From: Euglena gracilis
Lineage: Eukaryota
Direction of reading: 5' to 3'
NCBI GenBank assembly: GCA_039621445.1
Contig: CP154954.1
Coordinates: forward strand, 1,488,001-1,552,000
Length of the DNA stretch: 64,000 nt
Shown here: positions 30,514-46,573 of the stretch, one piece after another
Position numbering within the stretch: position 1 is the first letter of the stretch
Layout of the letters: each line of letters opens with the position of its first letter
The notes under the pieces: generated by a model
The model's database searches: none
Told to the model about the DNA's origin: nothing
Seen by the model: the letters and a program-made list of their open reading frames with translations, nothing else
Translations under genes and position numbers: made by a program

Positions 30514-30983
30514 ATTCAATGGTTCCAGGAAAAAACTGGCATGTTTTTATTAAAACAGGGTTCGGTAGTTTTGAGGATTTTAACTTATTATTCATCAAAA
30601 AGTGGAAAGAGTTAATTAATTATAACTCTATTTCTTTTATTATTTATGGTTTTGATTTGTCTGAAAATAATTTAAACAACTTTTGTGAAGTGACTATAGA
30701 GGTCTATATAGAATTTAATAAAAATTACCGAAGGCATGGTCTTAAAAAATTATTTTCTTTTGAAAAAAATTCTGTTATTGTAGAAAAGGGATCGAGTAGT
30801 AAAACTTCACTTGATAATTTTTTTTCTAAAACAGGGAATAAAAACATTGAAGTTTGTTGGTCAGGTGTTCCAAGGTTTGAAAATGGTTTAAAAAATTCTT
30901 TAAGTTTTGATTTTGTTATTAAAAATAATTTATTAAGTCGTGCGCGAAAAGATCATTGTTTTCCTTCGTTTTTTCTAAATTGA
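30495..30983 (+). CDS. Circovirus/nanovirus-type Rep (HUH) endonuclease-like domain, catalytically degenerate
   Basis: Manual motif match: PGKNWHVFI (motif I-like), FIIYGFD..TIEVYIEFNKNYRRHGLKKLF (motif II region), VEKGSSSKTSLDNFFSKTGN (motif III region), then WSGVPR. Confidence 0.55.
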   Translation: MGDFIMYSMVPGKNWHVFIKTGFGSFEDFNLLFIKKWKELINYNSISFIIYGFDLSENNLNNFCEVTIEVYIEFNKNYRRHGLKKLFSFEKNSVIVEKGSSSKTSLDNFFSKTGNKNIEVCWSGVPRFENGLKNSLSFDFVIKNNLLSRARKDHCFPSFFLN

Positions 30984-31549
30984 TTTCCAATTCCTCAGAA
31001 AATTATTTAAAAGTGAAAGAAAAAATAACAGAAGAGAAAAAGGAATTAGAAATAAATGATTCTAATAATTTTTTACACGATCATTTTAATGTTTTGAAAG
31101 CTAATGATCAATTTTTAAACATCATTGAAAAATATATAATAGAGTACAAAAATTTGTTTTTTTTAACGAGTAAAAACGATGCAATAAAACTTCGTTCTAT
31201 GTTGTTGAAGTATATATCTGAAGTCGCAGTATTAGAAAATAGTATCTCAAATTCTAATATTTCTAATATTTTTTTATTTAAGCAAGCTTCTAAGTTTTAT
31301 AAACATAATTCTTTAAAAAACGATAATTATAAAAACTGGGATTTTAACTGGATTTTTGTGGAAATGCTTCTTATTTTTTTTCTAGAAAAAGCAAAAAATA
31401 AAAAAATTGATAAATTTGAATTATATACTTTAGTGAACAAAGAAATTTATGGTGAAGAACAGTTAGATATAATGGTTAAAAACTTTAGAAAAAGAGCTTG
31501 TGAAAATGTCGATTTACGGCAGATTCGGTCTTCATTGCCTTGTTTTTGA
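30956..31549 (+). CDS. Hypothetical protein, probably the frameshifted continuation of 30495..30983 (about 350 aa fused)
   Basis: Overlaps the upstream ORF by 28 nt and has no ATG at its called start. Confidence 0.5.
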   Translation: MFSFVFSKLISNSSENYLKVKEKITEEKKELEINDSNNFLHDHFNVLKANDQFLNIIEKYIIEYKNLFFLTSKNDAIKLRSMLLKYISEVAVLENSISNSNISNIFLFKQASKFYKHNSLKNDNYKNWDFNWIFVEMLLIFFLEKAKNKKIDKFELYTLVNKEIYGEEQLDIMVKNFRKRACENVDLRQIRSSLPCF

Positions 31550-31920
31550 TTTTTATATAGGGAGAAAAGTATGACAAAAAAAGAAGAAAAAAATTTAAAT
31601 AATACAAAAATCAATTTAACAGTAAAAAAAATTTATAAAAAATATTGTTCTTATAAAGCACAATATGATGAAAAAAACCTGGACCAAAAATTTAGTTGAA
31701 AGCTTTTTTTTTTTATCATTGAAAATGGGCATATTTTAAACGTAGTAGAAGTAGAATATTTTTCTTAAAGCGTGTCAAAAAAATCGATTAATTAAAATAT
31801 AGTGTCATGGAAAATGTGATTATTCTATCACTTATTTAAATATGCTTTTTTATCAATGTCAATTTGTAGAATAATTGGCGTTTTTTTTGATGGAGTATAG
31901 TGAGTTTGCCTACTTTTTAC

Positions 31921-32852
31921 CTTATTAAATTAATAAATTTAAAATTGACTTATTAAAAACTTATAGGGAGTAAATATTAAGGAAGTACCTTATCAGGATT
32001 TTGATAAGTATTCTCACTATTGAGGTTAAATATGGATTAGTTGATTATGCGTTAGTACGAGAATTTCATAGAACAGGTGGACCCTCATGTGCATTCGTAT
32101 TTTATTAAAGAAGTCGATACTAAATTGGCAAATTTTTTCGATATATCTATTGATTCTAAAATTTATAGGCCAGAGTTAACAATGAGAAAGATTTGCTCGA
32201 CTATTTAATAAAACAAATATTTAACTTTGTGGATGCTTCAGAAAATTTCATGGCTTCGGAATCAATTCTTAAAAAATATGGTAAATATTTTCAATATCTT
32301 CCTTTGGAAGAAAGGATGATTGAATTAGTGAAAAAAGGGGACATAGAAAATGCTATGTTACTGTTTGAAAAAGAAAAACCTTCAGAATTTGTATATAAGG
32401 GCGACGCTATTGAACGTCAATTAAGAAACATATATTTAAGTACGAGATTAGGTGTGAAATAAAAAATTAATTTTAATGAATACATAATACCCAAAGACTT
32501 AAGGTGGATGTTGGATATTTATGAATCCCATCTAAATATGGGTAAAAATAAGGTATTTTTAATTTTAGGCAGTGAACATAGATATTTAATCGATTTTTTC
32601 GAATCTTATTTGCAATTTAAAGGCTTTTATCCTTTAGTAGTTAAGAAATCCAAGGATTTACTGAAATTAAACAATACTTATCATTATGATGCGATAATTT
32701 TTGTCAACTCAAATATCCTTGAATATCAAAATGTAAATGAGATAAAAAACATGTTCAACTCTTTAGAAACGACGTTAACTGCTTATTATGGAATATCTTT
32801 GATAAAGGTAGGGTCGTGGATTAAAGCCTTTCGTTCAACTTGCATGTGTTAA
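31921..32852 (+). pseudogene. Geminivirus-type rolling-circle Rep, frameshifted and 3'-truncated
   Basis: Motifs in order: LKLTY (31939-31953), VREFHRTGG/PHVHSYF (32055-32103), ANFFDI..IYRPEL, DLLDYLIK (Y at 32202), GDIENAMLLFEKEKPSEFVYKGDAIERQLRNIY, VFLILGS, HYDAIIFVN. Confidence 0.72.
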
Positions 32853-32884
32853 GCATAGCTAAATATTGCTTTTCGTTAAAATTG

Positions 32885-32938
32885 TAAGGCGTAGGTCTCC
32901 AAAACCTGATGTAGTAGGTTCGAATCCTACAAAGCGCG
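32885..32938 (+). pseudogene. Partial pseudo-trnW(CCA) in rRNA leader 1
   Basis: 3' two-thirds of a tRNA with CCA anticodon and no 5' acceptor or D arm. Confidence 0.85.
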
Positions 32939-33019
32939 CTTTTAGTGTACACATTATAGTAAATGTGCCCCTTGCTTGGTCACCAAGAGGGTGAAAGGAT
33001 TTGACCAACTTTGATGTTT

Positions 33020-33763
33020 TGGAAATGACGAGTTTGATCCTTGCTCAGGGTGAACGCTGGCGGTATGCTTAACACATGCAAGTTGAACGAAATTACTAGC
33101 AATAGTAATTTAGTGGCGGACGGGTGAGTAATATGTAAGAATCTGCGCTTGGGTGAGGAATAACAGATGGAAACGTTTGCTAATGCCTCATAATTTACTA
33201 GATCTATGTGAGTAGCTAGTTAAAGAGAATTTCGCCTAGGCATGAGCTTGCATCTGATTAGCTTGTTGGTGAGGTAAAGGCTTACCAAGGCGACGATCAG
33301 TAGCTGATTTGAGAGGATGATCAGCCACACTGGGATTGAGAACGGAACAGACTTTTACGGAAGGCAGCAGTGAGGAATTTTCCGCAATGGGCGCAAGCCT
33401 GACGGAGCAATACCGCGTGAAGGAAGAAGGCCTTTGGGTTGTAAACTTCTTTTCTCAAAGAAGAAGAAATGACGGTATTTGAGGAATAAGCATCGGCTAA
33501 TTCCGTGCCAGCAGCCGCGGTAATACGGGAGATGCGAGCGTTATCCGGAATTATTGGGCGTAAAGAGTTTGTAGGCGGTCAAGTGTGTTTAATGTTAAAA
33601 GTCAAAGCTTAACTTTGGAAGGGCATTAAAAACTGCTAGACTTGAGTATGGTAGGGGTGAAGGGAATTTCCAGTGTAGCGGTGAAATGCGTAGAGATTGG
33701 AAAGAACACCAATGGCGAAGGCACTTTTCTAGGCCAATACTGACGCTGAGAAACGAAAGCTGA

Positions 33764-33795
<32 letters not shown>

Positions 33796-33888
33796 TTGGC
33801 CGTAAACTATGGATACTAAGTGGTGCTGAAAGTGCACTGCTGTAGTTAACACGTTAAGTATCCCGCCTGGGGAGTACGCTTGCACAAG

Positions 33889-33969
<81 letters not shown>

Positions 33970-34037
33970 AGGATTTGACAGGATCTAGGAGGAAGTTTGA
34001 AAGAACGCAGTACCTTCGGGTATCTAGACACAGGTGG

Positions 34038-34089
<52 letters not shown>

Positions 34090-34349
34090 CCTTTTTTTTA
34101 ATTAACGCTTGTCATTTAGAAATACTGCTGGTTATTACCAGAGGAAGGTGAGGACGACGTCAAGTCATCATGCCCCTTATATCCTGGGCTACACACGTGC
34201 TACAATGGTTAAGACAATAAGTTGCAATTTTGTGAAAATGAGCTAATCTTAAAACTTAGCCTAAGTTCGGATTGTAGGCTGAAACTCGCCTACATGAAGC
34301 CGGAATCGCTAGTAATCGCCGGTCAGCTATACGGCGGTGAATACGTTCT

Positions 34350-34386
<37 letters not shown>

Positions 34387-34506
34387 TGGCTGTGCCCGAA
34401 GTTATTATCTTGCCTGAAAAGAGGGAAATACCTAAGGCCTGGCTGGTGACTGGGGTGAAGTCGTAACAAGGTAGCCGTACTGGAAGGTGTGGCTGGAACA
34501 ACTCCC
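33020..34506 (+). rRNA. rrs: 16S rRNA copy 1 (divergent; 9-nt deletion in a conserved helix)
   Basis: GAGTTTGATCC, GTGCCAGCAGCCGCGGTAA and AAGTCGTAACAAGGTA are present. GAGCGCAAC is missing at ~34090. Confidence 0.95.
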
Positions 34507-34592
34507 TTTAGTTTTTTAACTAAAAAAATGTATAGATTGAAAACAATGAAAAATAAAAAAAATAAGTAGGGAAACCTCTTATTTTTCCAAGA

Positions 34593-34666
34593 GGGCTATT
34601 AGCTCAGTTGGTTAGAGCATACCCTTGATAAGGGTAAGGTCGCTAGTTCAAGTCTAGCATGGCCCT
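34593..34666 (+). tRNA. trnI-GAU: tRNA-Ile(GAU)
   Basis: GGGCTATTAGCTCAG..TACCC-TTGATAA-GGGTA..GTTCAAGT..TGGCCCT. Confidence 0.96.
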
Positions 34667-34675
34667 CTTGGTTTT

Positions 34676-34748
34676 GGGGGTATAGCTCAGTTGGTAGAGC
34701 GCTGCCTTTGCAAGGCAGATGTCAGCGGTTCGAGTCCGCTTATCTCCA
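34676..34748 (+). tRNA. trnA-UGC: tRNA-Ala(UGC)
   Basis: GGGGGTATAGCTCAG..CTGCC-TTTGCAA-GGCAG..GTTCGAGT..ATCTCCA. Confidence 0.96.
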
Positions 34749-34764
34749 AAAAGGTTTTGATGTA

Positions 34765-36693
34765 GGTTCAAATGAACAAGGGCTTATGCGGGATTGCTTG
34801 GCATTTAGAGTCGAAGAAGGGCGTAGAAATTAACGATATGCTTTAGGGAGCTAAAGACGAGCTTTAATCTAAAGATTCCCGAATGGGGCAACCTATTACT
34901 TTAACATTACAATGAAATGGTATACAAATAATGTAGAGAACTTGGTGAACTGAAACATCTTAGTAGCCGAAGGAAAAGAAAGCAAAAGCGATTTTCTTAT
35001 TAGTGGCGAGCTAGCTAACGGAAATCAGCCTAAACCTTTATGGGTGTTGTGGGTATATTATAATTACTGAAAAAGATAGAGAATTTGTTGAAAACAAAAT
35101 CAAAGAGGGTTTTAAATCCCGTATTTGTTTTTAAAAAGTAATTTTTGATTTTCCCGAGTAGCATAGAGCACGTGGAATTCTGTGTGAATCAGCGAGGACC
35201 ATCTCGTAAGGCTAAATACTCCTAAATGACCGATAGTGTACGAGTACCGTGAGGGAAAGCTGAAATAGAACACTGAGAAGTGAGTGAAATAGAATATGAA
35301 AGCATAAGTTTACAAGCAGTAGGAGATCTATTTAAAGATTGACTGTGTGCCTGTTGAAGAATGAGCCGGCGACTTATAGGTGATGGCAAGGTTAAGGTTT
35401 TTCCGGAGCCATAGTGAAATCGAGCTTAAATAAAGCGAAAAACTTTCTTCTTGAAAGTTTATGTCATTGCTTATAGACCCGAACCCAGGTGATCTAATCA
35501 TGGTCAGGTTGAAGTTTTGGTAAAAAACAGAATGGAGGACCGAACCCACCAATGTTGAAAAATTGGGGGATGAACTGTGATTAGGGGAGAAATTCCAATC
35601 GAACTTGGAGCTAGCTGGATCTCTTCGAAATGCGTTGAGGCGCAGCGTTTAATTATGGTAAACATTAGGGGTAAAGCACTGTTTCGATGCGGGCTATGAA
35701 AAATGGTACCAAGTTGTGGCAAACTCTGAATACTAAGTTATATTTCAATTAATCAGTGAGACAGTGGGGGATAAGCTTCATTGTCAAGAGGGAAACAGCC
35801 CAGATCACTACTTAAGGCCCCTAAATAATTACTAAGTGGTAAAGGATGTACTATTACATAGACAACCAGGAGGTTGGCTTAGAAGCAGCCATTCCTTTAA
35901 AAAGTGCGTAATAGCTTACTGGTCAAGTGATAGTGCGCCGAAAATGAACGGGACTAAGTAATTTGCCGAAGGTGTGAGAGAAATCGGTAGAAGAGCGTTC
36001 TGTGTTGAAGAGAAGGAATAGTGAAAATAGTTCTGGATTAAACAGAAGTGAGAATGTCGGCTTAAGTAACGAAAACATTGGTGAAAATCCTATGCTCCGA
36101 AAACCTAAGGTTTCCTTAGCCAGGTTCGTCCTCTAAGGGTTAGTCAGGTCCTAAAATAAGGTTTAACAACGTAAATTGATGGATGACAGGTTAATATTCC
36201 TGTACCGAATGCTCACTTGTAAGGAGTGACGAAAAAGGCTAGATCGGCCACGTGATGGTTTGTGGTTTAAGGGTTCAAGAGGTATCAAATATTAAAAAAA
36301 ATATTTTGTCTTAAGGCCTGAATAGTATAAATACTACGGTATTGAAAGTGATTGATGTCATGTTTCCAAGAAAAACTTTTGTTTATGTATAGTGAGCTCG
36401 CCTGTACCGTAAACTGACACAGGTAGGTTAGTAGAATATACTAAGGAGCGCGAGATAACTCTTTCTAAGGAACTCGGCAAAATGACTTCGTAACTTCGGA
36501 AGAAGAAGTACCTCTAATGAGGTGGCAGAAAAGAGGTCCAAGCGACTGCTTACCAAAAGCACAGGTCTCCGCGAAGTTGAAAAACCATGTATGGGGGCCG
36601 AGGCCTGCTCAGTGCAGGAAGGTTAAAGAAATTGGTTAGCGTAAGCAAAGCTAGTGACTGAAGCCCCTGTGAACAGCGGCAATAACTATAATT

Positions 36694-36746
<53 letters not shown>

Positions 36747-37232
36747 TTAACGATTTGGACACTGTCTCAGAAAGAGACTCGGTGAAATAGAATTGACTGT
36801 GAAGATGCGGTCTACTTGCACTTGGACAGAGACCCTATGAAGCTTTACTGTATCCTGAAATTGGTTTCGGGCTTTTTTTGCGCAGAATAGGTGGGAGGCT
36901 ATGATCTTGTCTTTTGGGATACGGGGAGCCGAAAAATGAGATACCACTCTGAGAAAGCTAGAAATCTAATCTTAATCTTATGTACAATCATGATAATTGA
37001 CAGTTTCAGGCGGGCAGTTTTACTGGGGCGGTAGCCTCCTAAAAAGTAACGGAGGCGTACAAAGGTTTTCTCAGGCTAGACGGAAATTAGTTGTGGAGTG
37101 TAAAGGCATAAGAAAGCTTGACTGTGAGACTTATAAGTCAAACAGAGACTAAAGTCGGTCTTAGTGACCCGACGGTGCTGTATGGAAAGGCCGTCGTAAA
37201 CAGATAAAAGTTACTCTAGGGATAACAGGCTG

Positions 37233-37292
<60 letters not shown>

Positions 37293-37309
37293 ACCTGGGG
37301 CGGTAGTAC

Positions 37310-37344
<35 letters not shown>

Positions 37345-37655
37345 TACGTGAGCTGGGTTCAGAACGTCGAGAGACAGTTCGGTCCATATCCGGTGTGAGC
37401 GTTAGAGTAATGAAAGGCGCTTTCCTTAGTACGAGAGGACCGGGAAGGACGCACCACTGATGTACCAGTTTTTGTGCCAACAGAATACGCTGGGTAGTCA
37501 AGTGCGGAGTGGATAACTGCTGAAAGCATATAAGTAGGAAGCCCACCTTAAGATAAGTACTCTTCATAGGTCACGGTAAGACGAACCGTTTGATAGGTAT
37601 TAGGTGTACAATTGGTAACAATTTTAGCCGAGATATACTAACCGACCGAAAATTT
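34765..37655 (+). rRNA. rrl: 23S rRNA copy 1 (several indels relative to copies 2 and 3)
   Basis: Conserved LSU motifs GAACTGAAACATCTTAGTA, CCTAAGGTAGCGAAATTCCTTG and the sarcin-ricin loop AGTACGAGAGGAC. Ends are approximate. Confidence 0.95.
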
Positions 37656-37735
37656 TTTCCTATATGAAAACAAAACATTTATTTTTACTTGTCACTTTTT
37701 TAAGATTTAAAAGTTTCTTGAATGAACTTTTATTT

Positions 37736-37851
37736 TAGGGTGCTCTTGTCTTTATGGATCCACTTAAAACATTTCGAACTTGCAAGTTAAACATAAAGGG
37801 TAAATAGATACTTGAAAGGTTACTTTCCGGGAAAAGATTTTAGTGCCCTTA
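37736..37851 (+). rRNA. rrf: 5S rRNA copy 1
   Basis: ~116 nt after 23S with pairing termini AGGGTGCT/AGTGCCCT and TTTCGAACTTGCAAGTTAA. Confidence 0.88.
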
Positions 37852-38704
37852 TGGGAAGTTTAATTTATTTAATTGTCTCTTAGTGAGTTTATTTATTAAT
37901 ATTAACTCGATTTTCGAGTAATTTTTATGACTGCCGTTACGTTAGTGTTTTATTGCATGGATAAATGTATTGTGGTATAATTAAACCAAGGAATTTGTCA
38001 AACCACGTTTCCTTTAAGTTTGAATTTTTTTTGGCCAAAACATGATGCTTCCGAAAAAATAAGACAATCTGTTTATAGAAATCAGTGAATTTCGTAATAT
38101 TTTTCTTTTAAAATTTTAAACGATATGAATAATATCCTCGAGTGTTTGGAAAATGACTATGTTTCTTCGCTAATATAAAAGATTAATCACAAAATTCAAC
38201 AAGATAGGTTGAATCATAGTGAGAATATTAGGTAATCTTCTGATAAGAGTTTTATTTTGTTGTACATTATAGTTATTGCTACTTTGTATTTGGTTCTTTG
38301 TGTTATGTGTGTGCTTTTTAGTTGTAAATTTTTTGCTAGTAAGAAGCGTGTCGTTCATTGTCGATTTGGACGAATATTTATAAAATGCTACAAGAGACCA
38401 AAATGTCTTTATACTTCTTATATTGCTGCTGAGTACCCTATATTTTGTGATATTGAAAAATATTAAGGTAAGGTTCCTAGACTTTCATACGTAAATGCTC
38501 ATGCGCACAGTTTAGGTGTTATGCTTTTATCCCTGATCTTGTGAATTCTTTTCATTCACAAGAAATAACTTAGCTTAATTCCTAGTGTAAATTTTTCCGT
38601 ACTTTAACGTGTGGCTGGGACAATTTTTTTATTTTTAATTAAAATACCGTATAAATTTTAAAAAATAAAAAAATCAAAAGGAAAATTTTTTATTTTTCAA
38701 AGAT

Positions 38705-38778
38705 CACTATTATCTTTTATTATTATAGAATACCTTTGATAAGGGTAGGGTCGTGGATTGAATCCTTGTATTAGCCAA
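38705..38778 (+). pseudogene. Pseudo-trnI(GAU) in rRNA leader 2
   Basis: TAGAATACCTTTGATAAGGGTAGGGTCG resembles trnI TAGAGCATACCCTTGATAAGGGTAAGGTCG; the other arms are decayed. Confidence 0.7.
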
Positions 38779-38800
38779 ATATTTCTTTTCTTTAAAATCC

Positions 38801-38854
38801 TAAGGCGTAGGTCTCCAAAACCTGATGTAGTAGGTTCGAATCCTACAAAGCGCG
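38801..38854 (+). pseudogene. Partial pseudo-trnW(CCA) in rRNA leader 2
   Basis: Same sequence as 32885-32938. Confidence 0.85.
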
Positions 38855-38935
38855 CTTTTAGTGGGCACATTATAGTAAATGTGCCCCTTGCTTGGTCACC
38901 AAGAGGGTGAGAGGATTTGACCAACTTTGATGTTT

Positions 38936-39679
38936 TGGAAATGACGAGTTTGATCCTTGCTCAGGGTGAACGCTGGCGGTATGCTTAACACATGCAAGTT
39001 GAACGAAATTACTAGCAATAGTAATTTAGTGGCGGACGGGTGAGTAATATGTAAGAATCTGCGCTTGGGTGAGGAATAACAGATGGAAACGTTTGCTAAT
39101 GCCTCATAATTTACTAGATCTATGTGAGTAGCTAGTTAAAGAGAATTTCGCCTAGGCATGAGCTTGCATCTGATTAGCTTGTTGGTGAGGTAAAGGCTTA
39201 CCAAGGCGACGATCAGTAGCTGATTTGAGAGGATGATCAGCCACACTGGGATTGAGAACGGAACAGACTTCTACGGAAGGCAGCAGTGAGGAATTTTCCG
39301 CAATGGGCGCAAGCCTGACGGAGCAATACCGCGTGAAGGAAGACGGCCTTTGGGTTGTAAACTTCTTTTCTCAAAGAAGAAGAAATGACGGTATTTGAGG
39401 AATAAGCATCGGCTAATTCCGTGCCAGCAGCCGCGGTAATACGGGAGATGCGAGCGTTATCCGGAATTATTGGGCGTAAAGAGTTTGTAGGCGGTCAAGT
39501 GTGTTTAATGTTAAAAGTCAAAGCTTAACTTTGGAAGGGCATTAAAAACTGCTAGACTTGAGTATGGTAGGGGTGAAGGGAATTTCCAGTGTAGCGGTGA
39601 AATGCGTAGAGATTGGAAAGAACACCAATGGCGAAGGCACTTTTCTAGGCCAATACTGACGCTGAGAAACGAAAGCTGA

Positions 39680-39711
<32 letters not shown>

Positions 39712-39804
39712 TTGGCCGTAAACTATGGATACTAAGTGGTGCTGAAAGTGCACTGCTGTAGTTAACACGTTAAGTATCCCGCCTGGGGAGTACGCTTGCA
39801 CAAG

Positions 39805-39885
<81 letters not shown>

Positions 39886-39953
39886 AGGATTTGACAGGAT
39901 CTAGGAGGAAGTTTGAAAGAACGCAGTACCTTCGGGTATCTAGACACAGGTGG

Positions 39954-40018
<65 letters not shown>

Positions 40019-40274
40019 TTTTTTAATTAACGCTTGTCATTTAGAAATACTGCTGGTTATTACCGGAGGAAGGTGAGGACGACGTCAAGTCATCATGCCC
40101 CTTATATCCTGGGCTACACACGTGCTACAATGGTTAAGACAATAAGTTGCAATTTTGTGAAAATGAGCTAATCTTAAAACTTAGCCTAAGTTCGGATTGT
40201 AGGCTGAAACTCGCCTACATGAAGCCGGAATCGCTAGTAATCGCCGGTCAGCTATACGGCGGTGAATACGTTCT

Positions 40275-40312
<38 letters not shown>

Positions 40313-40431
40313 GGCTGTGCCCGAAGTTATTATCTTGCCTGAAAAGAGGGAAATACCTAAGGCCTGGCTGGTGACTGGGGTGAAGTCGTAACAAGGTAGC
40401 CGTACTGGAAGGTGTGGCTGGAACAACTCCC
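38936..40431 (+). rRNA. rrs: 16S rRNA copy 2
   Basis: Universal SSU motifs intact, including GCAACGAGCGCAACCC. Confidence 0.97.
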
Positions 40432-40516
40432 TTTAGTTTTTTAACTAAAAAAATGTATAGATTGGAAACAATGAAAAATAAAAAAATAAGTAGGGAAACC
40501 TCTTATTTTTCCAAGA

Positions 40517-40590
40517 GGGCTATTAGCTCAGTTGGTTAGAGCATACCCTTGATAAGGGTAAGGTCGCTAGTTCAAGTCTAGCATGGCCCT
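40517..40590 (+). tRNA. trnI-GAU: tRNA-Ile(GAU)
   Basis: Same as copy 1. Confidence 0.96.
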
Positions 40591-40599
40591 CTTGGTTTT

Positions 40600-40672
40600 G
40601 GGGGTATAGCTCAGTTGGTAGAGCGCTGCCTTTGCAAGGCAGATGTCAGCGGTTCGAGTCCGCTTATCTCCA
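40600..40672 (+). tRNA. trnA-UGC: tRNA-Ala(UGC)
   Basis: Same as copy 1. Confidence 0.96.
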
Positions 40673-40688
40673 AAAAGGTTTTGATGTA

Positions 40689-46377
<5,689 letters not shown>

Positions 46378-46457
46378 TTTCCTATATGAAAACAAAACAT
46401 TTATTTTTACTTGTCACTTTTTTAAGATTTAAAAGTTTCTTGAATGAACTTTTATTT

Positions 46458-46573
46458 TAGGGTGCTCTTGTCTTTATGGATCCACTTAAAACATTTCGAA
46501 CTTGCAAGTTAAACATAAAGGGTAAATAGATACTTGAAAGGTTACTTTCCGGGAAAAGATTTTAGTGCCCTTA
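46458..46573 (+). rRNA. rrf: 5S rRNA copy 2
   Basis: Same as copy 1. Confidence 0.88.

Noticed and set aside
34495-34510. 16S 3' end lacking a canonical CCTCC anti-SD (reads AACTCCC)
   Set aside because: It is the same in all copies and is a known Euglena plastid trait, not novel.
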